Part shown: positions 27,256 through 36,036 of the stretch, piece by piece
Layout of the letters: each line of letters starts with the position of its first letter
Position numbering within the stretch: position 1 is the first letter of the stretch
Source: an uncultured Gammaproteobacteria bacterium
GTDB lineage: Bacteria > Pseudomonadota > Gammaproteobacteria > JAUZRS01
Direction of reading: 5' to 3'
DNA: 44,545 bases
NCBI GenBank assembly: GCA_964615985.1
Contig: CAZTQX010000002.1
Location: forward strand, 7,805 to 52,349
Translations under genes and position numbers: made by a program
The notes under the pieces: model-generated
The model's database searches: none
Seen by the model: only the letters and a program-made list of their open reading frames with translations
Told to the model about the DNA's origin: nothing

Positions 27256-28079
27256 TGTCCAAACAGAAAAAACAAGAAACCATTCGCAGCCATATTTGGC
27301 AAGAAGAGGCCGAAGCAGACAACCCCTTCACGGCCAAAACCTGCTACTGCTCCGGTTACGATGTCTACGGCGACCTGCTTGGCAAAGCCCGCTGGTCTGA
27401 ATACCTTTTCCTCTTGTTTCAACGCCAACCGCCACAACCATGGCAAGCTGCTCTGCTGGAAGATGTCGCCCTTATTTTGGCCAATCCAGGACCACGAGAT
27501 CTCAGTGTTCGTGCCGCCATGAACGGTGGCGTTGGCCAATCCACCAGCGCCTCTTGTTTAATGGCCGCGCTGGCCGTGGGTGCCGGTCAAAATAGTGGCG
27601 CTCACGAACTGGCTCTGGCACTGCAAGGCTGGCAGCAGTGCCAGCTCGACCTAACAGAGTGGCAAGCGTGGTTTAAGGCTCTCAACAAGGATGAACGTGC
27701 TGACATCTGGCCTGATATGGAACACTTTCCAGGTTTTGATCCACAGGGCATCTCCTGCTCCACTCCAGTACGACAAGCCTTACAACACCTCAGCAAACAA
27801 CACCCTGATGGCGCACTCAATTGGCTAATGCACGAACGTGTCTCATTTGAAGCAATCGCCAAAAAACCACTCTCCATGCTCGGTGTCACCGCAGCGGCCT
27901 TTTACGATTTGGGTTTTACACCACAGCAAGGCGAGATGCTCTATCTGCTGCTGCGTCTGCCTGGAGCCGCCGCACATGCCCTAGAGCAGATGCCTCGGGG
28001 CTGGGTTCACTACCCCTTTTTTGCTGATGGTCTACAGGTTGAGAACGACCCAAGTAAACAAGATAAACCCCATGAATAA
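27255..28079 (+). CDS. Citrate synthase-fold (citryl-CoA-lyase-like) protein 1, catalytic residues apparently substituted
   Basis: ATG 27255 overlaps the upstream TGA by 1 nt. The pattern YDVYGDLLGKARWSEYLFLLF..PGPRDLSVRAAMNGGVGQSTSASCLMAALAVGAG..SGAHE and LGFTPQQGEMLYLLLRLPGAAAHALEQ follows the citrate synthase large-domain layout. Confidence 0.6.
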   Translation: MSKQKKQETIRSHIWQEEAEADNPFTAKTCYCSGYDVYGDLLGKARWSEYLFLLFQRQPPQPWQAALLEDVALILANPGPRDLSVRAAMNGGVGQSTSASCLMAALAVGAGQNSGAHELALALQGWQQCQLDLTEWQAWFKALNKDERADIWPDMEHFPGFDPQGISCSTPVRQALQHLSKQHPDGALNWLMHERVSFEAIAKKPLSMLGVTAAAFYDLGFTPQQGEMLYLLLRLPGAAAHALEQMPRGWVHYPFFADGLQVENDPSKQDKPHE

Positions 28080-28905
28080 AACAGACACTCAACTCGAGGC
28101 TTTACTGGATGCCGAACGGCTCTGGGTAACAAAGATGGGGGGGTGGTTTGGCAAAGAACAGCGGGTTGTTTATCGTGGTAAAGACCTCTTTCACGACCTG
28201 AAAGACTTCTCATGGATGGAGCTGCTGCTGTTTGGTGTCACCGGACGAGAGTTTTCCAAACAACAGGTAGCACTCTTTAATGCCATCTGGGTCATCTGCA
28301 TCAGCTACCCTGATCCGCGACTCTGGAATAACCGAGTTGCAGCTCTAGCAGGCACCGCGCGCAGCACAGCCTCTCTGGCCATTGCTGCCGCCACAGCAGT
28401 TTCCGAGGCCACCGTCTACGGTTCGAAAGCTGGGTTACGCTCGATGAATTTTCTCCAGCGCAGTATGAAACAAAAAAAACTCGGTGTCAGTGTTGAAGAC
28501 ATTGTGGCCAACGAGATGAAAAAATATAAAACCATCTCTGGTTACAGTCGCCCAATCCCCATTCCAGATGAACGCATCACTCCCCTGCTACGCAAAGCCG
28601 AAGAGCTGAACTTAGCAAAAGGAGACTATCTATCTCTGTCTTTCCAGGTAGAAGCGGTTTTATTAACAAAACATCCACGGGGGTTTATGAATATTGCGGC
28701 CATGATCGCAGGGCTTGCCGCTGACCAAGGGTTCTCCTGCCAAGAATTGCATCAATTCATGGGGCTGGGTTTTTCAGCCGGAATCTATCCCTGTTTTATC
28801 GAAGCCAGCGAAAAGCCAGAAGGATATTTTTTTCCGCTGCATTGTGAACGTATCGAATATCGCGGTGAAAAACCACGCCAATGGAACGACAGAAAAACTC
28901 AGTAA
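28072..28905 (+). CDS. Citrate synthase-fold (citryl-CoA-lyase-like) protein 2, paralogue of the preceding gene
   Basis: ATG 28072 overlaps the upstream stop by 8 nt (ATGAATAA). VVYRGKDLFHDLKDFSWMELLLFGVTGREFS..YPDPRLWNNRVAALAGTARSTASLAIAAATAVSEA matches the citryl-CoA-lyase-like layout. The track TTG 28021 is unlikely. Confidence 0.6.
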   Translation: MNKTDTQLEALLDAERLWVTKMGGWFGKEQRVVYRGKDLFHDLKDFSWMELLLFGVTGREFSKQQVALFNAIWVICISYPDPRLWNNRVAALAGTARSTASLAIAAATAVSEATVYGSKAGLRSMNFLQRSMKQKKLGVSVEDIVANEMKKYKTISGYSRPIPIPDERITPLLRKAEELNLAKGDYLSLSFQVEAVLLTKHPRGFMNIAAMIAGLAADQGFSCQELHQFMGLGFSAGIYPCFIEASEKPEGYFFPLHCERIEYRGEKPRQWNDRKTQ

Positions 28906-28945
28906 GAACAAATTTGATAGAGAAGAAAAACTGGAAGGGAAAATA

Positions 28946-29022
28946 TGGTGGCTATGGGTGGACTTGAACCACCGACCCCAGCATTATGAATGCTGTGCTC
29001 TAACCAACTGAGCTACATAGCC
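28946..29022 (-). tRNA. tRNA-Met (CAU), elongator type, CCA encoded
   Basis: The reverse complement GGCTATGTAGCTCAGTTGGTTAGAGCACAGCATTCATAATGCTGGGGTCGGTGGTTCAAGTCCACCCATAGCCACCA folds as a cloverleaf: acceptor GGCTATG/CATAGCC, anticodon stem CAGCA/TGCTG, T stem GGTGG/CCACC. It is very close to E. coli metT. Confidence 0.93.
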
Positions 29023-29043
29023 GTGTACTGCGAAAGTGGCGCG

Positions 29044-29072
29044 ATTTTGCAATATCGTCGCCACTCCGTCAA
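29044..29072 (-). promoter_or_regulatory. Candidate promoter of tRNA-Met
   Basis: On the minus strand: TTGACG (29072-29067), 17-nt spacer, CAAAAT (29049-29044), then a GC-rich discriminator CGCGCC, about 21 nt before the mature tRNA 5' end. Confidence 0.45.
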
Positions 29073-29089
29073 GCATTATCTACAAGCAA

Positions 29090-30181
29090 TTAAACATTGA
29101 AGCGGAAGTGAACCACATCCCCCTCTTGCATCACATATTCCTTGCCTTCAAGACGCCATTTACCCGCATCTTTAGCCCCTTGTTCACCACTGCCAGCAAT
29201 AAAGTCCTCATAGGCGATCACCTCGGCACGGATAAAACCTTTCTCAAAATCGGTGTGAATCTTACCCGCCGCTTGTGGCGCGGTGTCGCCCTTCTCAATA
29301 GTCCAAGCTCGTACTTCCTTAACCCCAGCGGTAAAATAGGTCTGCAACCCCAACAATTCATAACCGGCACGAATCACTCGATCCAAACCGGCCTCTTGCA
29401 AACCCATATCGGCTAAAAATTCGACTTTATCTTCCTCATCCAGCAAAGCAATTTCCGCTTCCATCGAAGCACAAACCGCAACCACACCGGCACCTTCCGT
29501 AGCCGCATGGGCTTTGACTTGATTCAACAACGCATTCTCTTCGAAACCCGACTCATCTACATTGGCAATGTACATGGTCGGTTTAATGCTCAACAGATGC
29601 AGCTCCGCCAGCTGACTCTTTTGCAAATCCGTTGCTTCCAGTGAGCGGGCAGGCAAACCTTGATCCATATGATCCAATAGACCCTGCAAAAACGCTTTAT
29701 GAGCCAGCGCATCTTTATTACCCGATTTGCTCATCTTAGCAACCCGTAATAAAGCCTTCTCCACCGTTTCCATGTCCGCCAACAACAATTCGGTGTGGAT
29801 CACATCAATGTCAGCTAACGGTTCGATACGACCATTGACGTGAATCACATCGTCATCTTCAAAACAGCGCACCACATGCGCAATGGCATCGGTCTCACGG
29901 ATGTGGGCTAAAAATTTATTTCCTAGCCCCTCGCCTTTAGAAGCCCCTTCCACCAAACCGGCAATATCGACAAACTCCATCGTGGTCGGCAAAATACGTT
30001 CAGGGTTAACAATCTCGGACAACGCCGCCAAACGCGGATCGGGCATTGGTACCATGCCCACATTGGGTTCAATGGTACAAAAAGGATAATTCTCTGCGGC
30101 AATCTCTGCGCGTGTCAGAGCGTTAAACAGCGTTGATTTACCCACATTGGGCATGCCCACAATACCGCACTTAAAACCCAT
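29090..30181 (-). CDS. ychF: Redox-regulated ribosome-binding ATPase YchF
   Basis: [24 protein letters not shown]-loop, 363 aa, TGS-like C-terminus, conserved pth-ychF synteny. Confidence 0.96.
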   Translation of the reverse strand: MGFKCGIVGMPNVGKSTLFNALTRAEIAAENYPFCTIEPNVGMVPMPDPRLAALSEIVNPERILPTTMEFVDIAGLVEGASKGEGLGNKFLAHIRETDAIAHVVRCFEDDDVIHVNGRIEPLADIDVIHTELLLADMETVEKALLRVAKMSKSGNKDALAHKAFLQGLLDHMDQGLPARSLEATDLQKSQLAELHLLSIKPTMYIANVDESGFEENALLNQVKAHAATEGAGVVAVCASMEAEIALLDEEDKVEFLADMGLQEAGLDRVIRAGYELLGLQTYFTAGVKEVRAWTIEKGDTAPQAAGKIHTDFEKGFIRAEVIAYEDFIAGSGEQGAKDAGKWRLEGKEYVMQEGDVVHFRFNV

Positions 30182-30217
30182 CAGTTGTTATACCTTTTAT
30201 TAATGCCAAGCCAATAT

Positions 30218-30805
30218 TTATATTTTACGGTGCAGCTCGTTCATGGCTTTTTCCAACTCACCGTCTAAAATCTGTGGTGTGGCTCGTAACAGATCCCAAA
30301 CCACACCTTCCAACTGCTCTGCTTGCTGGCGCGTCGGGCGATCCAGAACGTAATCCACGACTTGGTCACGATGACCAGGATGATCAATACCCATGCGCAA
30401 GCGCCAAAATTCTTTGCTGCCCAACTGACTGATGCTGTCACGTAGGCCATTATGACCCCCATGCCCACCACCCTTTTTTAAGCGCAGCGCACCCACGGGC
30501 AGATCCAACTCATCATGCACCACCAAAATCGCTTCAACAGAAATCTTAAAATAACGCGCAAGTGCAGCAATCGACTGACCACTGCGATTCATAAACGTAC
30601 TCGGTTTTAACAGGCGAATATCGCGGCCACGATGATTGATTTTGGCCACTTCGCCATGAAATTTAGTTTCAGATAAAAATGCCACAGAATATTCCGCAGC
30701 CAAAGCATCCAGATACCAAAAACCCGCGTTATGGCGGGTTTCATGGTACTTGGAGCCAGGATTCCCCAGCCCCACAATCAGTTCAAACTGCGCCTTAACC
30801 GGCAT
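30218..30805 (-). CDS. pth: Peptidyl-tRNA hydrolase
   Basis: LIVGLGNPGSKYHETRHNAGF, FMNRSGQS, VVHDELDLPVG, GHGGHNGLR. Confidence 0.95.
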   Translation of the reverse strand: MPVKAQFELIVGLGNPGSKYHETRHNAGFWYLDALAAEYSVAFLSETKFHGEVAKINHRGRDIRLLKPSTFMNRSGQSIAALARYFKISVEAILVVHDELDLPVGALRLKKGGGHGGHNGLRDSISQLGSKEFWRLRMGIDHPGHRDQVVDYVLDRPTRQQAEQLEGVVWDLLRATPQILDGELEKAMNELHRKI

Positions 30806-30815
30806 CGTTCAAACC

Positions 30816-31433
30816 TTATTCTGCTGGCGTTTCAGCAGCTGCCTCATCTTTGACAACACGAGGTGCGTGGACAGCAACAACAGCACTGTCATGGCCTTCA
30901 CCGTGACTCAATGCTCTCAGCTCAACACCTTCAGGCAGCACCATTTCAGACAGGTGAACGGACTCACCCATCGCTACATTGCTCATATCCACCTCAATAA
31001 ACTCAGGTAAATTCGCTGGCAAACAAGAGACTTCGACTTCAACCACAACATGATTGACTGCACCACCGGCTTTCACACCAACACAAACGTCTTCATTGAT
31101 AAAATGCAATGGCACATGAGCGTGCATTATTTCATTGACGCTAACACGTTGAAAATCAGCATGTAAAATAATGGGTTTAAACGGATGACGTTGCAAGTCA
31201 CGCAAAACCACACTCTCGGATTGACCCGCAATATTCAAGGTGAGGATATGAGAATAAAAAGACTCATTACTCAAGCTTTTTAACATCTCGTTCTGTGACA
31301 AACTCAAAGAGACCGGCTCAGCAGTACCACCATAAACCACCGCAGGGACTTTACCTGTGCGACGTAGGCGGCGGCTCGCACCTTTCCCCATGTCTTGGCG
31401 CAATTCTGCTTCTACCGTAAAAGAGATACTCAT
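30816..31433 (-). CDS. rplY: 50S ribosomal protein L25 / general stress protein Ctc (long form)
   Basis: GKGASRRLRRTGKVPAVVYGG N-terminus, 205 aa with an acidic C-terminal extension, AGGAG RBS. Confidence 0.93.
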   Translation of the reverse strand: MSISFTVEAELRQDMGKGASRRLRRTGKVPAVVYGGTAEPVSLSLSQNEMLKSLSNESFYSHILTLNIAGQSESVVLRDLQRHPFKPIILHADFQRVSVNEIMHAHVPLHFINEDVCVGVKAGGAVNHVVVEVEVSCLPANLPEFIEVDMSNVAMGESVHLSEMVLPEGVELRALSHGEGHDSAVVAVHAPRVVKDEAAAETPAE

Positions 31434-31452
31434 TTTTAACTCCTAAAATAAC

Positions 31453-31472
31453 AAAAAACCGCTCGAAAGCGG
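31453..31472 (-). terminator. Terminator-like hairpin between prs and rplY (possible attenuator or leader element)
   Basis: Minus strand: CCGCT-TTCG-AGCGG followed by TTTTTT. It ends only about 20 nt before the rplY ATG and is preceded by a second hairpin, CCCCTT-N7-AAGGGG (about 31481-31499). Confidence 0.5.
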
Positions 31473-31518
31473 CATAAACCCCCCTTTGCGACCAAGGGGG
31501 ATAAAAAAAGGCTGCTGA

Positions 31519-32472
31519 TTAATCCATATAAAGCGAGCTAACGGACTCTTCCATGTGGATCCGACGGATGGTCTCCGCCAACATGCCCGACACCGATAGT
31601 TGACGAATTTTTTTACACTGGGTCGATAATTCAGTCAATGGAATGGTATCGGAAACCACCAGTTCATCTAACTCAGAGCCGTTCAAGTTATCCAACGCAG
31701 GACCGGAAAGCACGGGGTGAGTGGCGTACGCCACCACTTTTTTCGCCCCCCGCTCTTTCAAGGCCTTTGCTGCTTGCATCAACGTACCGGCGGTATCAAC
31801 CAGATCATCCACCAAAACGCAGCTCTTACCTTCCACCTCACCGATAATGTGCATCACCTTAGCCACATTGGCTTTCGGGCGACGCTTATCAATAATGGCC
31901 AGATCCGCATCATCAAGACGTTTCGCGACCGCTCGCGCTCGAACCACGCCCCCCACATCAGGAGAGACGATGATCAAGTCTTCGTATTTCTGTCGCCAAA
32001 TATCACCCAACAACAGCGGTGAAGCGTAGACATTATCCACCGGAATATCAAAAAAACCCTGAATTTGATCCGCGTGCAGATCAACGGTCAAAACCCGATC
32101 CACACCAACACTGGTGAGCATATTGGCCACCACCTTGGCGGTAATCGGCACTCGCTGTGATCGAACCCGTCGATCCTGACGAGAGTAACCAAAATAGGGA
32201 ATCACCGCGGTAATGCGATTGGCAGATGCACGCCGCAGGGCATCCGTCATCACCAACAGCTCCATCAAATTTTGATTGGTGGGCGCACAGGTAGGCTGAA
32301 CCAGAAAGACATCACGACCTCGGACGTTTTCAAGAATTTCTACGGTGATTTCGCCATCGCTAAAGGCTCCGACATGAGCTTTACCGAGAGACATATTGAG
32401 GTGATTAACGATCTGCTGAGCCAAAGCAGGATTTGCATTACCGGCAAAGACCATCATCGGACTATCGGCCAC
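31519..32472 (-). CDS. prs: Ribose-phosphate pyrophosphokinase
   Basis: GTG start. [27 protein letters not shown] loop [12 protein letters not shown]. Confidence 0.96.
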   Translation of the reverse strand: MADSPMMVFAGNANPALAQQIVNHLNMSLGKAHVGAFSDGEITVEILENVRGRDVFLVQPTCAPTNQNLMELLVMTDALRRASANRITAVIPYFGYSRQDRRVRSQRVPITAKVVANMLTSVGVDRVLTVDLHADQIQGFFDIPVDNVYASPLLLGDIWRQKYEDLIIVSPDVGGVVRARAVAKRLDDADLAIIDKRRPKANVAKVMHIIGEVEGKSCVLVDDLVDTAGTLMQAAKALKERGAKKVVAYATHPVLSGPALDNLNGSELDELVVSDTIPLTELSTQCKKIRQLSVSGMLAETIRRIHMEESVSSLYMD

Positions 32473-32497
32473 GATTGGTTACTCTAATACTGAAAAA

Positions 32498-32572
32498 TGG
32501 CTGGGTCGGCAGGATTCGAACCTGCGCATACTGGGATCAAAACCCAGGGCCTTACCGCTTGGCGACGACCCA
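32498..32572 (-). tRNA. tRNA-Gln (UUG), CCA encoded
   Basis: Reverse complement TGGGTCGTCGCCAAGCGGTAAGGCCCTGGGTTTTGATCCCAGTATGCGCAGGTTCGAATCCTGCCGACCCAGCCA. Acceptor TGGGTCG/CGACCCA, anticodon stem CTGGG/CCCAG with loop TTTTGAT, T stem GCAGG/CCTGC. Confidence 0.93.
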
Positions 32573-32583
32573 ATAAAAAGTTC

Positions 32584-33444
32584 CTAGCGCAACGATTTTT
32601 CAAACTCAAGCCGTTTTAGCAGCGGAGAGCGATTGCAACCTTTGGCAACAAACCCAATCCATCCACTTGGCAAGGCAGAAAAAATCTGCTCCGCTTGCGC
32701 TCTATTTTCGAATGCAGAAAAAACACAACCACCGGTTCCGGTCAATCGTGCTGCACCGTGATCGGATAACCAATCCAGTGCATCTGCAACTCTAGAATAA
32801 AGCGCCTTCACCACAGGTTCGCAAACATTTTCGGTTTGCCCTGCGAGAAAGGCGCGTATTGTGATAGCAGAACAGTTCCTTGTCAATTGCGAATTTGAAA
32901 AAATTTCTGCGGTGGAGACTTGACACTCAGGCACAATTATCAAGTACCACGGCTGCGGTATCTCCACGAGGGTCAACTGCTCCCCCACACCTTCCGCCCA
33001 AGCCGCTGAACCACGAACAAAAACCGGCACATCGGCTCCCAGTTGCAGCGCCAATTCCGCCAGTTGATCAACATCAAATTTCAGACCCCAAAGTTGATTC
33101 AGCGCCACCAACGCGGTTGCCGCATCGGAGCTACCGCCACCCAAACCACCGCCCATCGGCAGAATTTTATGCAGCGTAACAGCCACCCCCAAAGAGGCTT
33201 TACTTTGAGCCGCCAACAATTTGGCCGCACGAATCACCAAATCATCCGCTTCGGCCACCCCAGCAACCTCGTTGAGACGGATAATTTTTCCATCCTCACG
33301 CACACTAAAATCCAGTGAATCAGAGTAATCCAAAAATTGAAACAGGGTCTGCAACTGATGATAACCGTCCTCTCGCCTGCCAGTAATGTGCAGAAACAGA
33401 TTCAGTTTGGCTGGCGCAGGCCAAGCTTTTAACAACATGTTCAT
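32584..33444 (-). CDS. ispE: 4-diphosphocytidyl-2-C-methyl-D-erythritol kinase
   Basis: WPAPAKLNLFLHITGRREDGYHQLQTLF and the GHMP kinase motif PMGGGLGGGSSDAA. Confidence 0.93.
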   Translation of the reverse strand: MNMLLKAWPAPAKLNLFLHITGRREDGYHQLQTLFQFLDYSDSLDFSVREDGKIIRLNEVAGVAEADDLVIRAAKLLAAQSKASLGVAVTLHKILPMGGGLGGGSSDAATALVALNQLWGLKFDVDQLAELALQLGADVPVFVRGSAAWAEGVGEQLTLVEIPQPWYLIIVPECQVSTAEIFSNSQLTRNCSAITIRAFLAGQTENVCEPVVKALYSRVADALDWLSDHGAARLTGTGGCVFSAFENRAQAEQIFSALPSGWIGFVAKGCNRSPLLKRLEFEKSLR

Positions 33445-33468
33445 ATCTCAATTTTAAGTTAAGGGTAT

Positions 33469-34095
33469 TTAACCGCTTGGCGGACGCAAGCGTGAAGAGG
33501 CTGGCGACTCAAGCGGAGCCAATTGCCACTCGTGAATGGCCAGACGCAACTGCAAACCCCGATAGCGTAAAAAAAGCTCACTTGGCAGCACTAAATCAGC
33601 AACCGCTTCGTAGGCTATAAATTCCACCTGCCAACCTTGATAAACCAAAGAGTGCAAATATCCCTGATCGTTTAATTCAATCTGCGTCGCTTTAGCAGGC
33701 AAACCCAAAACCCAAAAACGCAAACTCTGCAACGGCAACGACCAACCCAACGTCTGTTGCAATAGCTCCTCTGCATTAGCAGCGCGAAGAGGACGACCGG
33801 AAGCCGGATAGAGAGCCACCTCAGACTCATCACCCCGAATGCGCAACTTACCAACCCCAAACGGCGGTGTCACACGCAGATCAAAACGCTGTTGATTTTG
33901 TCGCCACCAAAGCTGCGCAGAGCCGCTCTGTTGCTCAGAACGCAGAGCCAACTTGCCCTGCAACTGCCAACTCTGAATGGCCAACAACGGACGTTGATGT
34001 TCCTGCCACGCAGCCTCAATGTCTTCCACAGGGGGTGGTTTCGGGGCAGTGCTGCAACCGGCAATCAGCAACACCAGCAGCATAAACCCTCTCAT
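33469..34095 (-). CDS. lolB: Outer-membrane lipoprotein LolB
   Basis: Lipobox LLIAGCS, about 200 aa, conserved position between the TPR protein gene and ispE. The start overlaps the upstream stop (TGATG). Confidence 0.75.
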   Translation of the reverse strand: MRGFMLLVLLIAGCSTAPKPPPVEDIEAAWQEHQRPLLAIQSWQLQGKLALRSEQQSGSAQLWWRQNQQRFDLRVTPPFGVGKLRIRGDESEVALYPASGRPLRAANAEELLQQTLGWSLPLQSLRFWVLGLPAKATQIELNDQGYLHSLVYQGWQVEFIAYEAVADLVLPSELFLRYRGLQLRLAIHEWQLAPLESPASSRLRPPSG

Positions 34096-35876
34096 CAGGG
34101 TTTGAGACGCTGCATCGCTTCTTTGAGAATGTCGTCATCGGGAGAGGTTTTTAGAGCATGATTCCAAACCGTATTGGCGCGCTGTTTATCGCCACTGACC
34201 CACAGAACTTCACCCAAGTGCGCAGCAATTTCAGGATCTTCCAACAATTTATGCGCCCGACCGAGTAACTCCAAAGCCTTATCATGTTCTCCGGAACGAT
34301 AATACCACCAACCCAAACTGTCGATCACTGCTGGATCATCAGGGCTGAGAGCAAGCGCTCGGCGGATATAACCACCGGCTTCTTGCAAACGTTGTGGCTG
34401 TTCAATCAAAAAATAACCCAAGGCATTCAAACCATGAGCATTTTCTGGCTCCAAGATCAGCAACTGCGTTAAGTCCGCTTCAAACTGATCAAACTTCTGC
34501 AATTTTTCCGCAACCAAAGCCCGTGCATAGAGCAGATCAACATTTTTTGGCTGATCTTGCAGCGCCTCATCAAACAGCTGCAACGCCTGCTCATGCTCTC
34601 CTGCCGCACGCAGTATTTCTCCTTCGGTAAGGAAAAACCGTACTGCGTAAGAGGCCTCTGTGTGCAACAGGCGTAAGCGCTTCAATTGCAGACGTGCCTG
34701 ATCAATTTTTCCCAACTTAGCCAACATCTCCGCCATGCGCACCTGCGCGTCAAGACGATCCTCACCCTCCGTTACATTTTGGTAATGCTCCAGTGCCTTT
34801 TTATAATCACGACGACTGTCGGCAATCCGCCCCAAATAATAATTGGCTTCATTTCCACGCTGACCCAAAACCAACAACTGCGAGAAATACTCCTCAGCTT
34901 CATCGTAGCGGCGCGACTCCACCGCCAACAACCCCAAGGCAAACACCACATTTTCTTGATCTGCATAACGCTTAAACAACGCTTTCAACTGCACCGCAGC
35001 ACGTTCATATTGACGCGCTTTGACCAACAAGCGTGCATAACCCAAACGTAACGCTCTGTTATCAGGACTCTTCTCGATGGCACTGGACAAACCGGCAATC
35101 GCCCGCTCCGAACGCCCCATTTTCAACAGCAATTTAGCGCGCAACAACAGCGCCTCTGCATCACCGGACTCCAATTCTAAGGCCTTATCCAAAGAGGCCA
35201 AGGCGGCCTCTTGATCGTTATTGCGCAACTCAAAACGCGCCCTTGCGAAATGCAGCACCGCACTTTTAGCATGCTGCTTTAACAACGCCCTAACAATCGG
35301 CAGCGCCACTTGCGACTTTTTCTCTTGTAACAAAATCGCCGCAATCAAAGAGAGCACATGCTGTTGCGAAACGCTGTCCTTAGCTGCTTGCAGTGAAATC
35401 ATCTTTTTAAACGCTTTCAGAGCTTGATCTTTATTGCCCTGTTTTAACTGCACCACCGCCAAAACTCGATGCGCTTCCAAACCTTCGGGAGCCAAATCTA
35501 ACCAACGCGCCACACCTTGTGAAGCCTGCGGCCAAGCTTGAGCAAAGAGGGCAATGCGAGTTGCCTGACGCGCCAAGCGCACATCGTTAGAAGCCTCCGC
35601 AATCAGCAAGTATTGCTGCAATGCCAAGGCAACATCCCCGCGTCGCAACGCCAATTCGGCCACCAAAACTCGATAGATCAAATCAGGATCATCAGCCGAA
35701 CTAAAAGGGATCGGTGATTTTAACGCCTGTTCTTGACGATGAATCGCGCGGCTTTCCCTCTCCGCCGAAGAAAGATCATTCTTATTCTGAGGCGATGACT
35801 GAGACACACTCGGCACACCACTACAGGCCGCACCACTCAAACCCAACAGACAGACCAGCAATAACCTTTTAGACAT
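34095..35876 (-). CDS. Tetratricopeptide-repeat (TPR) protein with signal peptide, probable lipoprotein
   Basis: Repeated Ala/Leu/Tyr TPR helices throughout. N-terminal LLVCLLGLSGAACSG. Occupies the conserved position divergent from hemA and upstream of lolB. Confidence 0.75.
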   Translation of the reverse strand: MSKRLLLVCLLGLSGAACSGVPSVSQSSPQNKNDLSSAERESRAIHRQEQALKSPIPFSSADDPDLIYRVLVAELALRRGDVALALQQYLLIAEASNDVRLARQATRIALFAQAWPQASQGVARWLDLAPEGLEAHRVLAVVQLKQGNKDQALKAFKKMISLQAAKDSVSQQHVLSLIAAILLQEKKSQVALPIVRALLKQHAKSAVLHFARARFELRNNDQEAALASLDKALELESGDAEALLLRAKLLLKMGRSERAIAGLSSAIEKSPDNRALRLGYARLLVKARQYERAAVQLKALFKRYADQENVVFALGLLAVESRRYDEAEEYFSQLLVLGQRGNEANYYLGRIADSRRDYKKALEHYQNVTEGEDRLDAQVRMAEMLAKLGKIDQARLQLKRLRLLHTEASYAVRFFLTEGEILRAAGEHEQALQLFDEALQDQPKNVDLLYARALVAEKLQKFDQFEADLTQLLILEPENAHGLNALGYFLIEQPQRLQEAGGYIRRALALSPDDPAVIDSLGWWYYRSGEHDKALELLGRAHKLLEDPEIAAHLGEVLWVSGDKQRANTVWNHALKTSPDDDILKEAMQRLKP

Positions 35877-36036
35877 AGATAATCCTCTTATCCTTAATTT
35901 AAGGCCACATCGATGACATCGACTATACCCGATTTTTTAGCCAAAACGGATGCCAGCAAATCACACAATGGATCCCCTCTTGTAATCCCTTCGCCAATAG
36001 CGCAGAATTTTGCGCTTTTGGACAGCTCCACTTGCC

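Noticed and set aside
22963-29022. Block between the PDH operon and tRNA-Met, considered as a tRNA-targeted genomic island
   Set aside because: No integrase, no transposase, and no direct repeat of the tRNA-Met 3' end that I could spot. It is treated as a variable chromosomal region only.
36002-36020. Hairpin GCGCA-GAATTT-TGCGC followed by TTTT, about 17 nt upstream of the hemA ATG
   Set aside because: The stem is only 5 bp and no upstream + strand gene needs terminating. It could be a leader structure, but the evidence is too thin.
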